Below are positions 1 through 10,427 of a DNA stretch of 64,000 nucleotides, piece by piece; the first letter of the stretch is position 1, and each line of letters starts with the position of its first letter. A program made the position numbers and the translations under genes. The stretch spans positions 124,001 to 188,000 of the forward strand of contig BAAIJX010000027.1 in assembly GCA_054600435.1 (NCBI GenBank), written 5' to 3'. Under the pieces are notes generated by a model that was not told the DNA's origin, did not search any database, and worked only from the letters and a program-made list of their open reading frames with translations. The DNA comes from Neophaeotheca triangularis. Lineage: Eukaryota.

Positions 1-1443
1 AAGAACAAGGCCGGCTCAGTGTCACCCGATCGCGGCGCAGACTCTCAACCAGCAGAGCCAGGCACCCCGTCGTCTGTTGCTTCCGCCGACACCTCCCGCG
101 CCTCGACGCCCAACCCCAATAGCAAAGAGCCCCAAGCCCCCGTGGCAGCGGACGGCAAGACGCCTGACGATTCCAGCAAACTCCGCACCTTCTTGTCCAT
201 CCTCAAGCGCTTCATCGGCGTCACCGACATAGCCGCCGTCCGCTTCTCCCTTCCCGCCCAACTCCTCGAGCCCATACCCAACTTGGAGTACTGGCACTAC
301 CTCGATCGACCAGAGACTTTCATTGCCATCGGCGACAGCAAGGATGAGCTCGGCCGCATGCTCGGCTGCTTGCGGTTTTGGTTTACGAAAGATTTGAAGT
401 ACGTCAAGGGCAAGCCTTGCAAGCCATACAACAGCACGCTCGGGGAGTTTTTCAGATGTAATTGGGAAGTGGAGGATGACAAGCCAAGTCTCAAGGGCGA
501 AGAGGTCAAGGAGAACCTACACCAAACCCCCAATGCCCCGGCAGGCGAGACGACCAAAGACAAGACCGTCCGAGTCTCCTACCTCACAGAACAAACCTCC
601 CACCACCCTCCCGTCTCCGCATACTACGTCGACTGCCCCGACAAGGGCATCAGCGCGCGCGGCTTCGACCAGCTCTCCGCCAAATTCACCGGCACCTCCG
701 TGCGCGTTGTCCCCGGCGTGCACAACCAAGGCATCTACGTGACCCTCCACCGCTGGGACGACGAAACCTACCAACTAACCCACCCCGCCGCCTACCTAGG
801 CGGTTTCCTCCGTGGCAACCTCGGCGTAACCGTCGCCGACACCTGCTACGTAACCTGCCCGAAAACCAACCTCAAAGTCATCCTCCACTACCTCGAAGAA
901 GGCTACTTCGGCAAGACGCAAAACAAAGTCGAAGGCGTCATCTTCAAATGCGCCGACCCGGACACAGACAAGACCAGCCGCATCAAAGACGTCCCCGATA
1001 AGGACGTCCTCGGCCGCATCGACGGCAGCTGGACCGACAAAGTCTATTTCAGCTACGGCAGCAAAGACTTCAAAAAGACCTCCGACGACGAGCGCGTGCT
1101 CCTCATCGACGTGAACCCGCTCTTCCCCGCGCAAAAGCATTGTCCCCCCGAGGATCAGCAACTCGCCAACGAGTCCCGCCGTTTCTGGCACGACGTCACC
1201 GCCGCTATCCAGAACAAGCAATTCTCGCAAGCCACCACTCTCAAAACAGAACTGGAAGAGCGCCAGCGCGAACGCGCCGCCGAGCGTAAGGCGCAGGGCA
1301 AAGAGTGGCAGCCAAGATTCTTCACGGGTGCTGTTGAGCCCAAGGGCCAGCCGGTGCTGACGGAGGAGGGCAAGCGTGTTATGGAAGGTATGCATAAGGA
1401 TGAGTTTAGGCTCGAGGAGCCCAAAGAGTATGGGGCTTTGTAG
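1..1443 (+). CDS. Oxysterol-binding protein family lipid transporter (Osh6/Osh7-like), 5' end outside window
   Basis: Frame is open from base 1. OSBP signature EQTSHHPPVSAYY, plus KPYNSTLGEFF and SLPAQLLEP. Stop at 1441-1443. Confidence 0.92.
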   Translation, partial: KNKAGSVSPDRGADSQPAEPGTPSSVASADTSRASTPNPNSKEPQAPVAADGKTPDDSSKLRTFLSILKRFIGVTDIAAVRFSLPAQLLEPIPNLEYWHYLDRPETFIAIGDSKDELGRMLGCLRFWFTKDLKYVKGKPCKPYNSTLGEFFRCNWEVEDDKPSLKGEEVKENLHQTPNAPAGETTKDKTVRVSYLTEQTSHHPPVSAYYVDCPDKGISARGFDQLSAKFTGTSVRVVPGVHNQGIYVTLHRWDDETYQLTHPAAYLGGFLRGNLGVTVADTCYVTCPKTNLKVILHYLEEGYFGKTQNKVEGVIFKCADPDTDKTSRIKDVPDKDVLGRIDGSWTDKVYFSYGSKDFKKTSDDERVLLIDVNPLFPAQKHCPPEDQQLANESRRFWHDVTAAIQNKQFSQATTLKTELEERQRERAAERKAQGKEWQPRFFTGAVEPKGQPVLTEEGKRVMEGMHKDEFRLEEPKEYGAL

Positions 1444-2190
1444 TAGAAGAGTTTGGGCTATTTGGTTGTGGGGAGATCTTGAGGGAGGGGCTGTTGAGCT
1501 GCGGATTGTGGATATTGGGGTGAATGAGAGGGAGGGATTGATGATGTCGACGACGCTTTTGCATTGAGGGGGCGCGATTGGGCGTTTTCTTTTCTTCTAG
1601 GGCGTTTTCCAATTCTGCCCGGCTTTTCCGTGCCTGTTCGTTGGGTTTACAAGATGAGGAGACAGGGGCTACCTACTTGCTTACACTACCTACCCACTCT
1701 AACGTAGCGGTTCTTTTGCCTTGGTTCGTCGAGGTTGCTCACGTATGGTTCTTCTTCTTCTCTTTTTCTCTTACTGCATATATCTGTTCAAACGTCGCTC
1801 GCGCTTCTCGGGGCTTTTCTATGCGCTAGGGTGGGGTTTAGCCGTTTGACTAGGCACTTGTACATGCGTCGCATTCGATGCTCTATGAAAACTGTTTGGC
1901 TTTTTCCCGCTGCCGGCGTGCGTGGGTGCCTTTGGACTGTGGACGAGAGGCGCGGTGGTCATGCGGTTTGCTCACGGGTGACTGGGTGCAAGCGCAAGTG
2001 CGTAGGTGAGACGACTATGCGTGTGGCGACGTGCTCCCGCGAGAGAAACACTTCTGTAAGCACTCCCCCACGGAGTACGCCGCCAGCCCTCGCTTCCCGC
2101 CCGCCAACTTCCCTAGCACCTCTACCCCCCCCCCCCCCCCCCGCCACCACCATCCCAACCGTGAAAACCCCCCGGAAAGCCCCCACTGAT

Positions 2191-4890
2191 TCAATCCCCC
2201 CTTTCCCCCTCCCACTCCCTCCACTGCCCCCATCCAACCCCCTCCCCCACGTCCCCAAACCCCTCAACCGCATACCCCTCCTCGCGCTCCCCGTCCCCAG
2301 CACCCCCCATCCTCTCCAAAACCAACCACAAAACCCCCTGCCCCAGCATCTCAGGCCGCAAAACCGCTTCCGGACATCTCAAACCCGGCGTGACGTCGGC
2401 GAAACTGCCTTCACTAGATTGGCACAGAACGCGGCGGTGGAAACCCGTGCCCTGCTCGAGGGAGAGACGGACGAGGGAGCGTCGTGGGTGGGAGGGTGGT
2501 TGGGGGCGTGCGAGAGCGTGGAAGTTTGTGAGGCGTTTTGGTTGCAGGGGGAGGGCGAGAGTGGTCTGTCCCTGGCGGAAGATGGCGGGGGGGAGGCTTT
2601 GGCGCAAGAGGCCGGCGTTTTCGCGCGGGAGGAGGGTCAGGGTTACGGGCGCGTCGCGGGACTCGGCGAGCAGGGTGAAGGAGCCGGTTTGCTGGGGTTC
2701 GAAAGTGGAGCAGATGATTGTGTACCTGCCGGCCGGGAGGTCGGGGATTTCGGCCGACGCGCAGCCGCGTTTGTATTCTTTGCTGTCGGTTAGGATGTCT
2801 TTGCTGCGCACGGCGTGGATGCGCTGGCCGTGGCCGTGGACGAGTTTGACGTGGACGTTGAGCGTTGTCGAGGTGGCTTCCAGGAGGAGGCTGAGGTGCG
2901 TAGGTTGCGGGGTGTGTAGGGCGAATTGCGGGTTGGTGCTGTAGGTGGGGCTGTGGGCGTTGCCGCCGGCGGTTTCTTTGGTCCAGGCGGCGGGGATAAG
3001 GCGGGTGAAGGGGAAGCGGGTAGTGGGGGTTTGGAGAGTTATAGGGGAAGTGCTGAAGGCGCTGAGCGTGAAAGTGTGACGGGTCGGCGGCAGGTCTTCT
3101 TCGTCGGGAACGATGGTGTAGGGGGTGCTGGGGTGCGTGGAGTCGAGTTTGAGGAGAGTTTGAGGGCTGTCGACGTAGGGGCCTCTTTTCAGGCCGTTGG
3201 CTGCTAAAAGGACGCGGCGACCCTGGGCGTTGAAGGCGTGGAGGGAGATGAAGCCTTCGAGATCGATTTCTTGACGTTGGGCTGCTGTGCCAGAGGAGGG
3301 GACGACGTTTTGAAAATGTCGGCATAAGAGGAGCCACACGGTTCCACCTTCTTTGGTGGCGACGGAGAATTGGGGGTGGGAGCGTAGGCTTGAGAATCTG
3401 CCTCTCCCGACTGGTCCATCTTCACGGATTGCGCTGGGCGTAAAGTCCCAAGCGAAATGGATGTCTTGTCGGTATGTGAAGAGGCCAGGGTTCCAATTAA
3501 GGTAGATAGAGTCGAAGTGCTGGATGATGTTGTCGAGGTCCATCCAGAATGTGCCAGGACTTAATTGATCGTCAGCGTTGAGCAGATCTCTTGAGCTTTG
3601 CACCGGCTCGTCATCGTCGAGGGCTAATTGATCTATATCTTCCGGCGTGAGTTGAGTGTTCTTCCTCTCTCTTGGTTCTGGGAGCTTTCCCCGCCAGTTG
3701 GCCCCCTCACACCATGGATTCTTAATCAGCATTAATCTCTGCCCTCCTTCTTCGCAGATATCCAGCACAGCGTAGTCGTGCTCTCCCGCAAGACCTAGCT
3801 GTTTCTCTGCCCATTGGCTCATCCTACCAGTACCCATAGTAATCAACACATCACCATATGTAAAAGCCCTCATCAACCGCTTCCAAAGATGATCAGGCTC
3901 AACATCATCGTCCCGCAAAAAGACCTGCTCGGGGATCCAGCCACTCAAAATCCACAGATCGGTACCACTATTACTGCCCGGGAAGTCATAGCCGCCCCGG
4001 ACCTTCAGGTAAGCCTTTTCAATCAACGCCGGCCATAGCAATCCAGGGTTGTGTCTATCAACGACGTGCAATACTCTCGACGTCTTCGAAGTTGGCAACG
4101 TATCATCGATCACGACTCTACGATAGGTCCCGTTAAAGTTCAGCCGAACGATGTATTTGCCGTTCTTGGACATTTTTGGGCGTTTGTTCTCTGCGTCGTA
4201 GGGCCAAAGCACCGAACGTAGGAGTTTTGCGTGACCTCGCATACCGCGTGCTATTCCTGCGCACAGTGACGCGACGACACTGCAGTCGGTCGCGGCATCC
4301 TGAACTACATCAACACTACGGACGGCGCTCATGGAGGGACCGAGGGCGTCATCGTTTGCTGGGAACCATGCTGGTGGTGGAAGAGCATCCTTGGGTCGTT
4401 TGAAGCCGTCAAAGACTTGGGCTTGAAAGTCTGAAAGGTGAAAGATGGCGTCGTCCGTGTAAAGCTCGCCGCTCTCTTCCAACTCGAATTCCGAGGGGTC
4501 TGGAGGCTTGGTCCAAGGGGGAAAGGTAAAGCGGTTGAGATAGCTCGCTTTGTAGATGATGATTTGTTCGGCTTTGGAGAGCTCACGGCTCGAGAGAGGT
4601 TCCTTGAGCTCCCTGACTGTCGCCGAGAGGCTGTCTTCGTTGTTCTCGTGGGTTGAGGATAGGCGCCATTCGTCGCTATGCTTGATGCGCTCGGCCTCGG
4701 CTAGTAATTTCGAGACGCGGGTCGACTGTTGTTGCTTTTGCGTAGGATTGGTGGCGAGTTTCAGTGCTTGCATGGACAATTCTGCCGCCTTGATGGCGTT
4801 CTCGAGCGCTTCATCTCGGCTTCTTGCTTGTGGTATTCGTGTGGAGAGGAAGTCGGCTTCCTGGACCATTTGAGCAAAGGTCGGAGACAT
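2191..4890 (-). CDS. palB: Calpain-like protease PalB/Rim13 (ambient pH signalling)
   Basis: Single ORF with likely ATG at 4890 (MSPTFAQ). MIT-like N-terminus, catalytic Cys (QDAATDCSVVASL), His (GEHDYAV) and Asn (KNPW), and C-terminal calpain domain-III repeats (TAGG..NPQF). Confidence 0.93.
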   Translation of the reverse strand: MSPTFAQMVQEADFLSTRIPQARSRDEALENAIKAAELSMQALKLATNPTQKQQQSTRVSKLLAEAERIKHSDEWRLSSTHENNEDSLSATVRELKEPLSSRELSKAEQIIIYKASYLNRFTFPPWTKPPDPSEFELEESGELYTDDAIFHLSDFQAQVFDGFKRPKDALPPPAWFPANDDALGPSMSAVRSVDVVQDAATDCSVVASLCAGIARGMRGHAKLLRSVLWPYDAENKRPKMSKNGKYIVRLNFNGTYRRVVIDDTLPTSKTSRVLHVVDRHNPGLLWPALIEKAYLKVRGGYDFPGSNSGTDLWILSGWIPEQVFLRDDDVEPDHLWKRLMRAFTYGDVLITMGTGRMSQWAEKQLGLAGEHDYAVLDICEEGGQRLMLIKNPWCEGANWRGKLPEPRERKNTQLTPEDIDQLALDDDEPVQSSRDLLNADDQLSPGTFWMDLDNIIQHFDSIYLNWNPGLFTYRQDIHFAWDFTPSAIREDGPVGRGRFSSLRSHPQFSVATKEGGTVWLLLCRHFQNVVPSSGTAAQRQEIDLEGFISLHAFNAQGRRVLLAANGLKRGPYVDSPQTLLKLDSTHPSTPYTIVPDEEDLPPTRHTFTLSAFSTSPITLQTPTTRFPFTRLIPAAWTKETAGGNAHSPTYSTNPQFALHTPQPTHLSLLLEATSTTLNVHVKLVHGHGQRIHAVRSKDILTDSKEYKRGCASAEIPDLPAGRYTIICSTFEPQQTGSFTLLAESRDAPVTLTLLPRENAGLLRQSLPPAIFRQGQTTLALPLQPKRLTNFHALARPQPPSHPRRSLVRLSLEQGTGFHRRVLCQSSEGSFADVTPGLRCPEAVLRPEMLGQGVLWLVLERMGGAGDGEREEGYAVEGFGDVGEGVGWGQWREWEGERGD

Positions 4891-5019
4891 GATAATCGAC
4901 CATACGACGTACAATACACGTGACGGCCCGTGATGCTTATGTCTTGTAATGTCCGTGAGTTTCAATCTCAAACAGGCAGGCAGTGCTTGCTTGCTTGCTT
5001 GCCGCAGTAAAACTACCAA

Positions 5020-5020
<1 letters not shown>

Positions 5021-5050
<30 letters not shown>
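5021..5050. repeat. (GTC)10 microsatellite in the palB/ANT1 divergent intergenic region
   Basis: Perfect gtc tandem array. Confidence 0.9.
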
Positions 5051-5051
<1 letters not shown>

Positions 5052-5505
5052 GTCCACCGTCTTGGCGTTCCGGAAGCTTCACATGTCGTCTACCTCCTAG
5101 TGGAGTTGGGTTTAGCGCCCGCAGTGCACGGACTCCATCGCGGCAGGAGCTACCGAGCTACCGGCCATCAATCAGCCACAGTCGAGTCCGGGTCTTTCTT
5201 TGGAGTCTGGAGAGGCAGGAGCGACCGACCGAGGTAAAACAGAGCCAGCCGATGACATGACGGCTAAGGTAGGTAAGGTAGGTAGGTGCTGCTGCTCTGC
5301 CGGGAGAACAATGGTCAACCCTCCTACATCCTCATCTATCTTACCTATTCCTCACCGTCGTCTAATATCTCGCATCTCAAGGACCGCGATGTCGTCGTGA
5401 ACAAAGAAGAGTCGTTAACAACCCCCCCGCTTTCGACGTACCAAACACCGACCGAAGAAACATCCCCTCGGCTAGCCGGAAAGAAAGAACAACACCCCCA
5501 AAGCA

Positions 5506-6576
5506 ATGTCAGCCAAACAAGAAGTACCCCCTTGGGGCCTTGCAATCGCCGGCTCCACAGGCGCAATCATAGCCAACACGCTCGTCTACCCACTCGATAT
5601 AGTCAAAACACGACTGCAAGTGCAAGTCAAGCAGACAGCCAGCCCCAACGAAGTCCCCCACACAACCAACGACCGCCACTACACGGGCACCTGGCATGCG
5701 ATCCAATCCATTGTCGAAGATGAAGGCCTCTCGGGGCTCTACAGCGGCATGACGGGCTCGCTGCTCGGCGTCGCCAGCACAAACTTCGCCTACTTCTACT
5801 GGTACTCGACCGTGCGGACGCTGTACTTGAGCAAAGTGCAGAAGAGCACCGCGGCGCCTTCGACCGCGGCCGAGTTGAGTCTGGGGGCGGCGGCGGGCGC
5901 GCTGGCGCAGCTTTTCACTATCCCCATTGCTGTTGTCACTACGAGGCAGCAGACGCAGCCCAAGGGCGATAAGAAGGGCATTTTGGCTACGGCCAAGGAG
6001 GTCGCCGAGAGTGAGGATGGGTATTCGGGACTTTGGAGGGGGTTGAAGGCGAGTTTGGTGTTGGTCATCAATCCCGCCATCACATATGGCGCGTATCAGC
6101 GGTTGAAGGACGTGCTGTACCCGGGGAAGATGAACTTGGCGGCGCATGAATCATTTCGTGAGTAATGACAAGAGTCTAGAGGGCCATGTTTGCTAAGCTG
6201 ACGATACTTAATTACAGTCCTCGGAGCTCTCTCAAAGTCCATTGCAACGCTGACCACGCAACCGCTCATTGTTGCTAAAGTGGGCCTCCAATCCCGCCCT
6301 CCTCCCGCGAGAATGGGCAAGCCTTTCAAATCTTTCAACGAGGTCATGGCGTACATTGTCCAACACGAGGGCATCCTAGGGCTGTTCAAGGGCATCGGCC
6401 CTCAACTTCTCAAGGGCTTATTGGTGCAAGGTTTCCTCATGATGGCCAAGGAACGCATCGAGTTGCTGTTCGTCCTGCTCTTCAGATACATGCGTAAGGT
6501 GAGGAGAGAGCAATTGGAGAAGCTAGCGCAGGTCGCAAAGGAGAAGGCCAAAGAGACGGGAATGGTCAAGGCTTAG
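5506..6576 (+). CDS. ANT1: Peroxisomal adenine nucleotide transporter (mitochondrial carrier family)
   Basis: Carrier signatures YPLDIVKTRLQ, IPIAVVTTRQQ and QPLIVAKVGLQ. One intron at 6158-6217 (GTGAGT...CTGAC...CAG) restores the frame (SFLLGALSKS). Confidence 0.88.
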
Positions 6577-6868
6577 ACGAACAACTGCATTTATTTTCTT
6601 ATCAGGAGGTTAACATCCATCAGGGGTTTGCGTTCGTCTCTTGGTTACAAGCGGGTCTGGCGTTCATGGTACCGCAGCACGTCGCGAAGGGTATTTTGCA
6701 TGACCACCTCCTTCTTGTCCGACCATCTGCGAGCTGTGGGTTCTGGGTATATATACAGTGTACACTGAAGAGACAGGAGCTCCGCGTAACCGTGTGTGTG
6801 TGTGTGTCTCGATCTCGAAAGCCCACTCGTTCTCCTCCGCTCATCCCCTACCCTCTTGACAAAGCTCC

Positions 6869-7378
6869 CTACTTCTTCGCCGCCTTAACCTCCGTCTCCA
6901 AATTCTTGACATATGCCTCTATCCGCTGCACAGCCGCTTGCAATGTCTACAGCACAAACGCCAGCCAGTCAGTCAAACCCGCCCAATCACCGTCCAGAGA
7001 AAGAGAAAGAGAAGAAGAGACGACTCACGTAGATATCCTCGGTCAAAAGCTCATTCGAGACTTTATACTCATCCACGACATAGTAATACATCCCCGCGCC
7101 GGAAAGCGTGGAGCCGAGTAGGAAACCGAATATGCTGTGTAACAAAACAACGAGCCGAATGTCAGTGCCAAAGTTTTGTGCCGAAGAAGAGTGGTGAACT
7201 TGTAGTTGTGGGCGTTCGGGCAGTCTTACCTCCCGCGGAAACCTCCTACGGGTTTCTTGACTGGTGTGGGTGTCGCGTCTTGCAGCTGGCGGGCGGTGGT
7301 TTGGAAGCTCCGGCGGAGGGTTGGTTGTTGGAGAGTAAGGGTGCGGAGGGGGAGGGTGCGGAGGGTTCGGGAGGCCAT
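6869..7378 (-). CDS. Small conserved fungal protein with mitochondrial presequence, one TM helix and a C-terminal coiled coil
   Basis: Three exons (7378-7230, 7134-7029, 6946-6869) with canonical introns give MASRTLRTLPLR...GGFRGSIFGFLLGSTLSGAGMYYYVVDEYKVSNELLTEDIYTLQAAVQRIEAYVKNLETEVKAAKK. Confidence 0.82.
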
Positions 7379-7989
7379 TTTCGCGGTTGGGGGTGGGGTT
7401 TGGATGGTTTGGTGTTCTAGGTTGTAGTTGGGGTTGGGTTGTGTTGGCTTGGAGTGTTTGGGGTGTTTGGAGTGCTTGATTGCTTGAGTGGAGTGAGCTG
7501 TCGTTCTTGTGGAGCTCCCACTCCTCCTCGGTTCCACCGTTGGTTGCCTTTGTGTGAGGCGTTCGGCTGTGGCGCAGGCGGCTGTGGAGTTGGCAACTTC
7601 ACTTCATCTGCACGCTTCGTCTCGTCTTGCTCACATCTTCAGTTCAGCCAGTGGGTCATCAGGTTCGTACTCAAGACGATGTGACCGCCATACTTAGGCC
7701 GTTAAGACTGGGATACCTGGAACTCGAAAGTCTTTACGAGTCGTTGCTCATGCTCTCCCGGTTCCTTAGCAACAACGACGAACCACCTCTGCCATTCTGG
7801 TTCAGAACTCTCAAGAGGCACATATCTTTGATATGTCTCGGACTTTAACCAAAGCAACCGGCAGATGTCCATCGTCTGGAATTTTACTATGATTAGCCAG
7901 GCTGCAAGACTGCGACTGAGCAGAGACTTCTGCAGTTCAGTTCCCACCGACCGGCGGAAACTAAAAGAAGTCCTTGATACCTCTCTAGA

Positions 7990-9546
7990 CATACCAGCAT
8001 TTTATGGATGTTACGGCACCGTTAAGACGTTATCCCAAGGGGTCGCGATGTGGTCAAGGCCACCAAAAACCTTTGTGTCACGATGATTGCCATCAACTAT
8101 GAAGCCCATCTTCAACAAGTCCACCGAAAAGGAGAAAGTCGGTCTCAGAGCAAAGGCAATAGATCGAATAGTCAGTAAGTGCAGCGCAGAGCGAAAGACA
8201 GGTATCGTTGCCGGCCACATGACGCTTTGGGACTACGAACATCAATTTCCGAAAATAGTGGGCACGCCCAGCGACTCCGACGCTTATTCGCAATTCATTT
8301 GTCTCAAGAGTGCACCGGAAACAATTCAAATTCGTATTGTGGAGGACCCGGAGAGAGATGCAAAGAAGTTTCTGTCGACTAATGATATCCAGCAACGGCC
8401 AAGGATCGAAAAGGACAGGCTCCGTGAGGTCTGCGCGAAAGACACGCTCCCTCGCCCTCTTCTTGTTGTGAATGATGCGAACTAAAGATTTAAGAAGATT
8501 TGTTAAAGTACTCAAGAAGCCCACGACAACCGTCGCGATTCCGAGAAAGCCAATCTCAGCCTTGTGGAGAACAAGTTGGATGAGATGATGGCGACGCAGC
8601 ACAGCGCTTTGCAGACTATGCTGGTCCTCGACGCAGAAAAGACCCTTGCACCATTCGACACCGGCACAATGTTCTGGTCAATGTCAAAGTCTCACAGCAA
8701 CACCCTCAAAAGACTTATTTGGCGGTGCAGGCTACACCTACAATGCTTTTCGCTTCGCTGCCGAGCGATACGATGAGCATTGGTCAGCAGAGACCTTCGA
8801 GGATCGATGCCAAGAAGTTGCAGCAGAAGTTAGCTTGTATTCCCGACTCTTGAATCTGCTGAAAGCGATGGAGACTTGGCCCCATATCGGCGCAGTGGTA
8901 GTCACTTGTGAGCTCAAGAGGGTTTGGTTGAAGTCCACCAGTATTTCCGAACAGGTGAAAGCAATAGGCGGTGGCCGCTTTAGCGATGGGGCGAATGGCA
9001 ATGGGTACGTGATTACACCCGAATCCAAAGCTCACATCGTCAAGCGTCTTCCACTGCACTTTCAGCTTCACACGATCGACTGTTGAGAAAGCTCAATGAA
9101 CCTGCCGGTGCTCAAGGTGGCGGATCAGTCAATCGTGGTTTTCGGAGACGAAAATGCCGGGAGCAAGTCCATGGGCCAGCATCTGAAGGGTTCTCTTGCC
9201 GACAAGAGATGAAACAAAGTTTCTCATGCAAATCTTCTTCGTCGATTCTGGTATCAACAACCGCAATACCATCGACGACTTCATGCGACAAGTCTCCAAG
9301 AGCGCCATTGCTGCAACCATCCTGGTTGTCGCCGGAGTCGTACAGGAGAATTCCATCCGTCCGGGCTCGAAGCTGCGGAGCATCCTTCACACTAACAAAA
9401 CATGCCTTGTCGCTTTGCGGCTTTCGAAGAGCAAGTTCAGGGGCAAGGGTGGCACTGGTACTGGCAATAGGCTGTTCAACACGACCGAGTGGGATGAAAC
9501 AGATGGGAAAGAGCGGAATGCTCTAGAGTCCCGTACGAGGTCTTGA
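7990..9546 (+). pseudogene. Decayed P-loop kinase / HAD / uracil-phosphoribosyltransferase-like fusion gene
   Basis: Collinear fragments in shifting frames: P-loop relic FYGCYGTVKT, GIVAGHMTLW, HAD motif-I-like VLDAEKTLAPFDTG, GAVVVTC, IGGGRFSDG, PRTase-like FFVDSGINN, and C-terminal LVALRLSKSKFRGKGGTGTGNRLFNT. Several stops and frameshifts, with no splice signals that rescue them. Confidence 0.7.
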
Positions 9547-10427
9547 TATCTGCACGTGGATTCTTCGTGAAAGTCGAGAGGGGAGAAGGGTGAGAGGGAA
9601 AGGAGAAATCAGGTGCCATTCTCGTTGATGGACAGTACGCCGGTAACCACGGTGTGCTTTCACACTCGTTTACAGAGGCCCTGTACACCTCTACAGTACG
9701 CGGATAATCCCCGTGTGCTTTCACGCTCGTTTGGGGATTCTGTATCCTGGCTACATAGCAATTTACGAACTGACAACACAACTTTCCTAGTACATCCTTC
9801 CGACAAGCTGCTGCTGAAGCGTGATGTGCTGCTATGTGCTGCTAATTTTTAGGTTCTTGGACCATCTCCCCATTCGTCATGAACCAAGGCATGCTCCCGT
9901 CTGCGCGGTGCGGGGGGTTGTTTATTACAAAAGTTCTGGACGGTGGCATCGCTCTCGGACGACCTTTCATTCACTATCTATAACTCCCCACCAACCCTTC
10001 GGCGCCAAGCCCAAAGCTTAGCCTCAGCCGAGCCAACGTTGCCAGTGCGCCTGGGGCTGCTTACATGCTGAGCACTAACACCGATCGGGCAACATGCCAC
10101 GCTGCCTCCACCTACACCTACCGAATTGATGTCAACATCCGACCTGCAGCTACGAAAAGGCTTTCATGCCCCGACTATCGCAAGCTGAGGAGCTCAGGGT
10201 GATGTCGTTAGCCTTCTTGCGTGAGCACTAAGCATTGCCCGCGGAAAAACCATTCCTTCATGGCTTGGTGGACGATACAATACCAGGCGATACCCGAGCT
10301 AAGAGCGCACGAAGTAGGTTGTGGAGGTTGGCTATAAAAGGCTTCTCTTCTGCTCCCATCGTATCTCTCATCGAATCTACATTTCCACAAGTACAGCTCA
10401 AGTTTCTTCCATTCAGCGGCAATCGTC

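Noticed and set aside
1735..2793. 352-aa Pro-rich plus-strand ORF
   Set aside because: It is the antisense shadow of the palB 3' end and its C-rich tract, with low complexity and no family signal.
4891..5082. N-terminal extension of PalB with poly-Thr
   Set aside because: It starts at a non-ATG codon and translates the (GTC)10 microsatellite. ATG 4890 is the plausible start.
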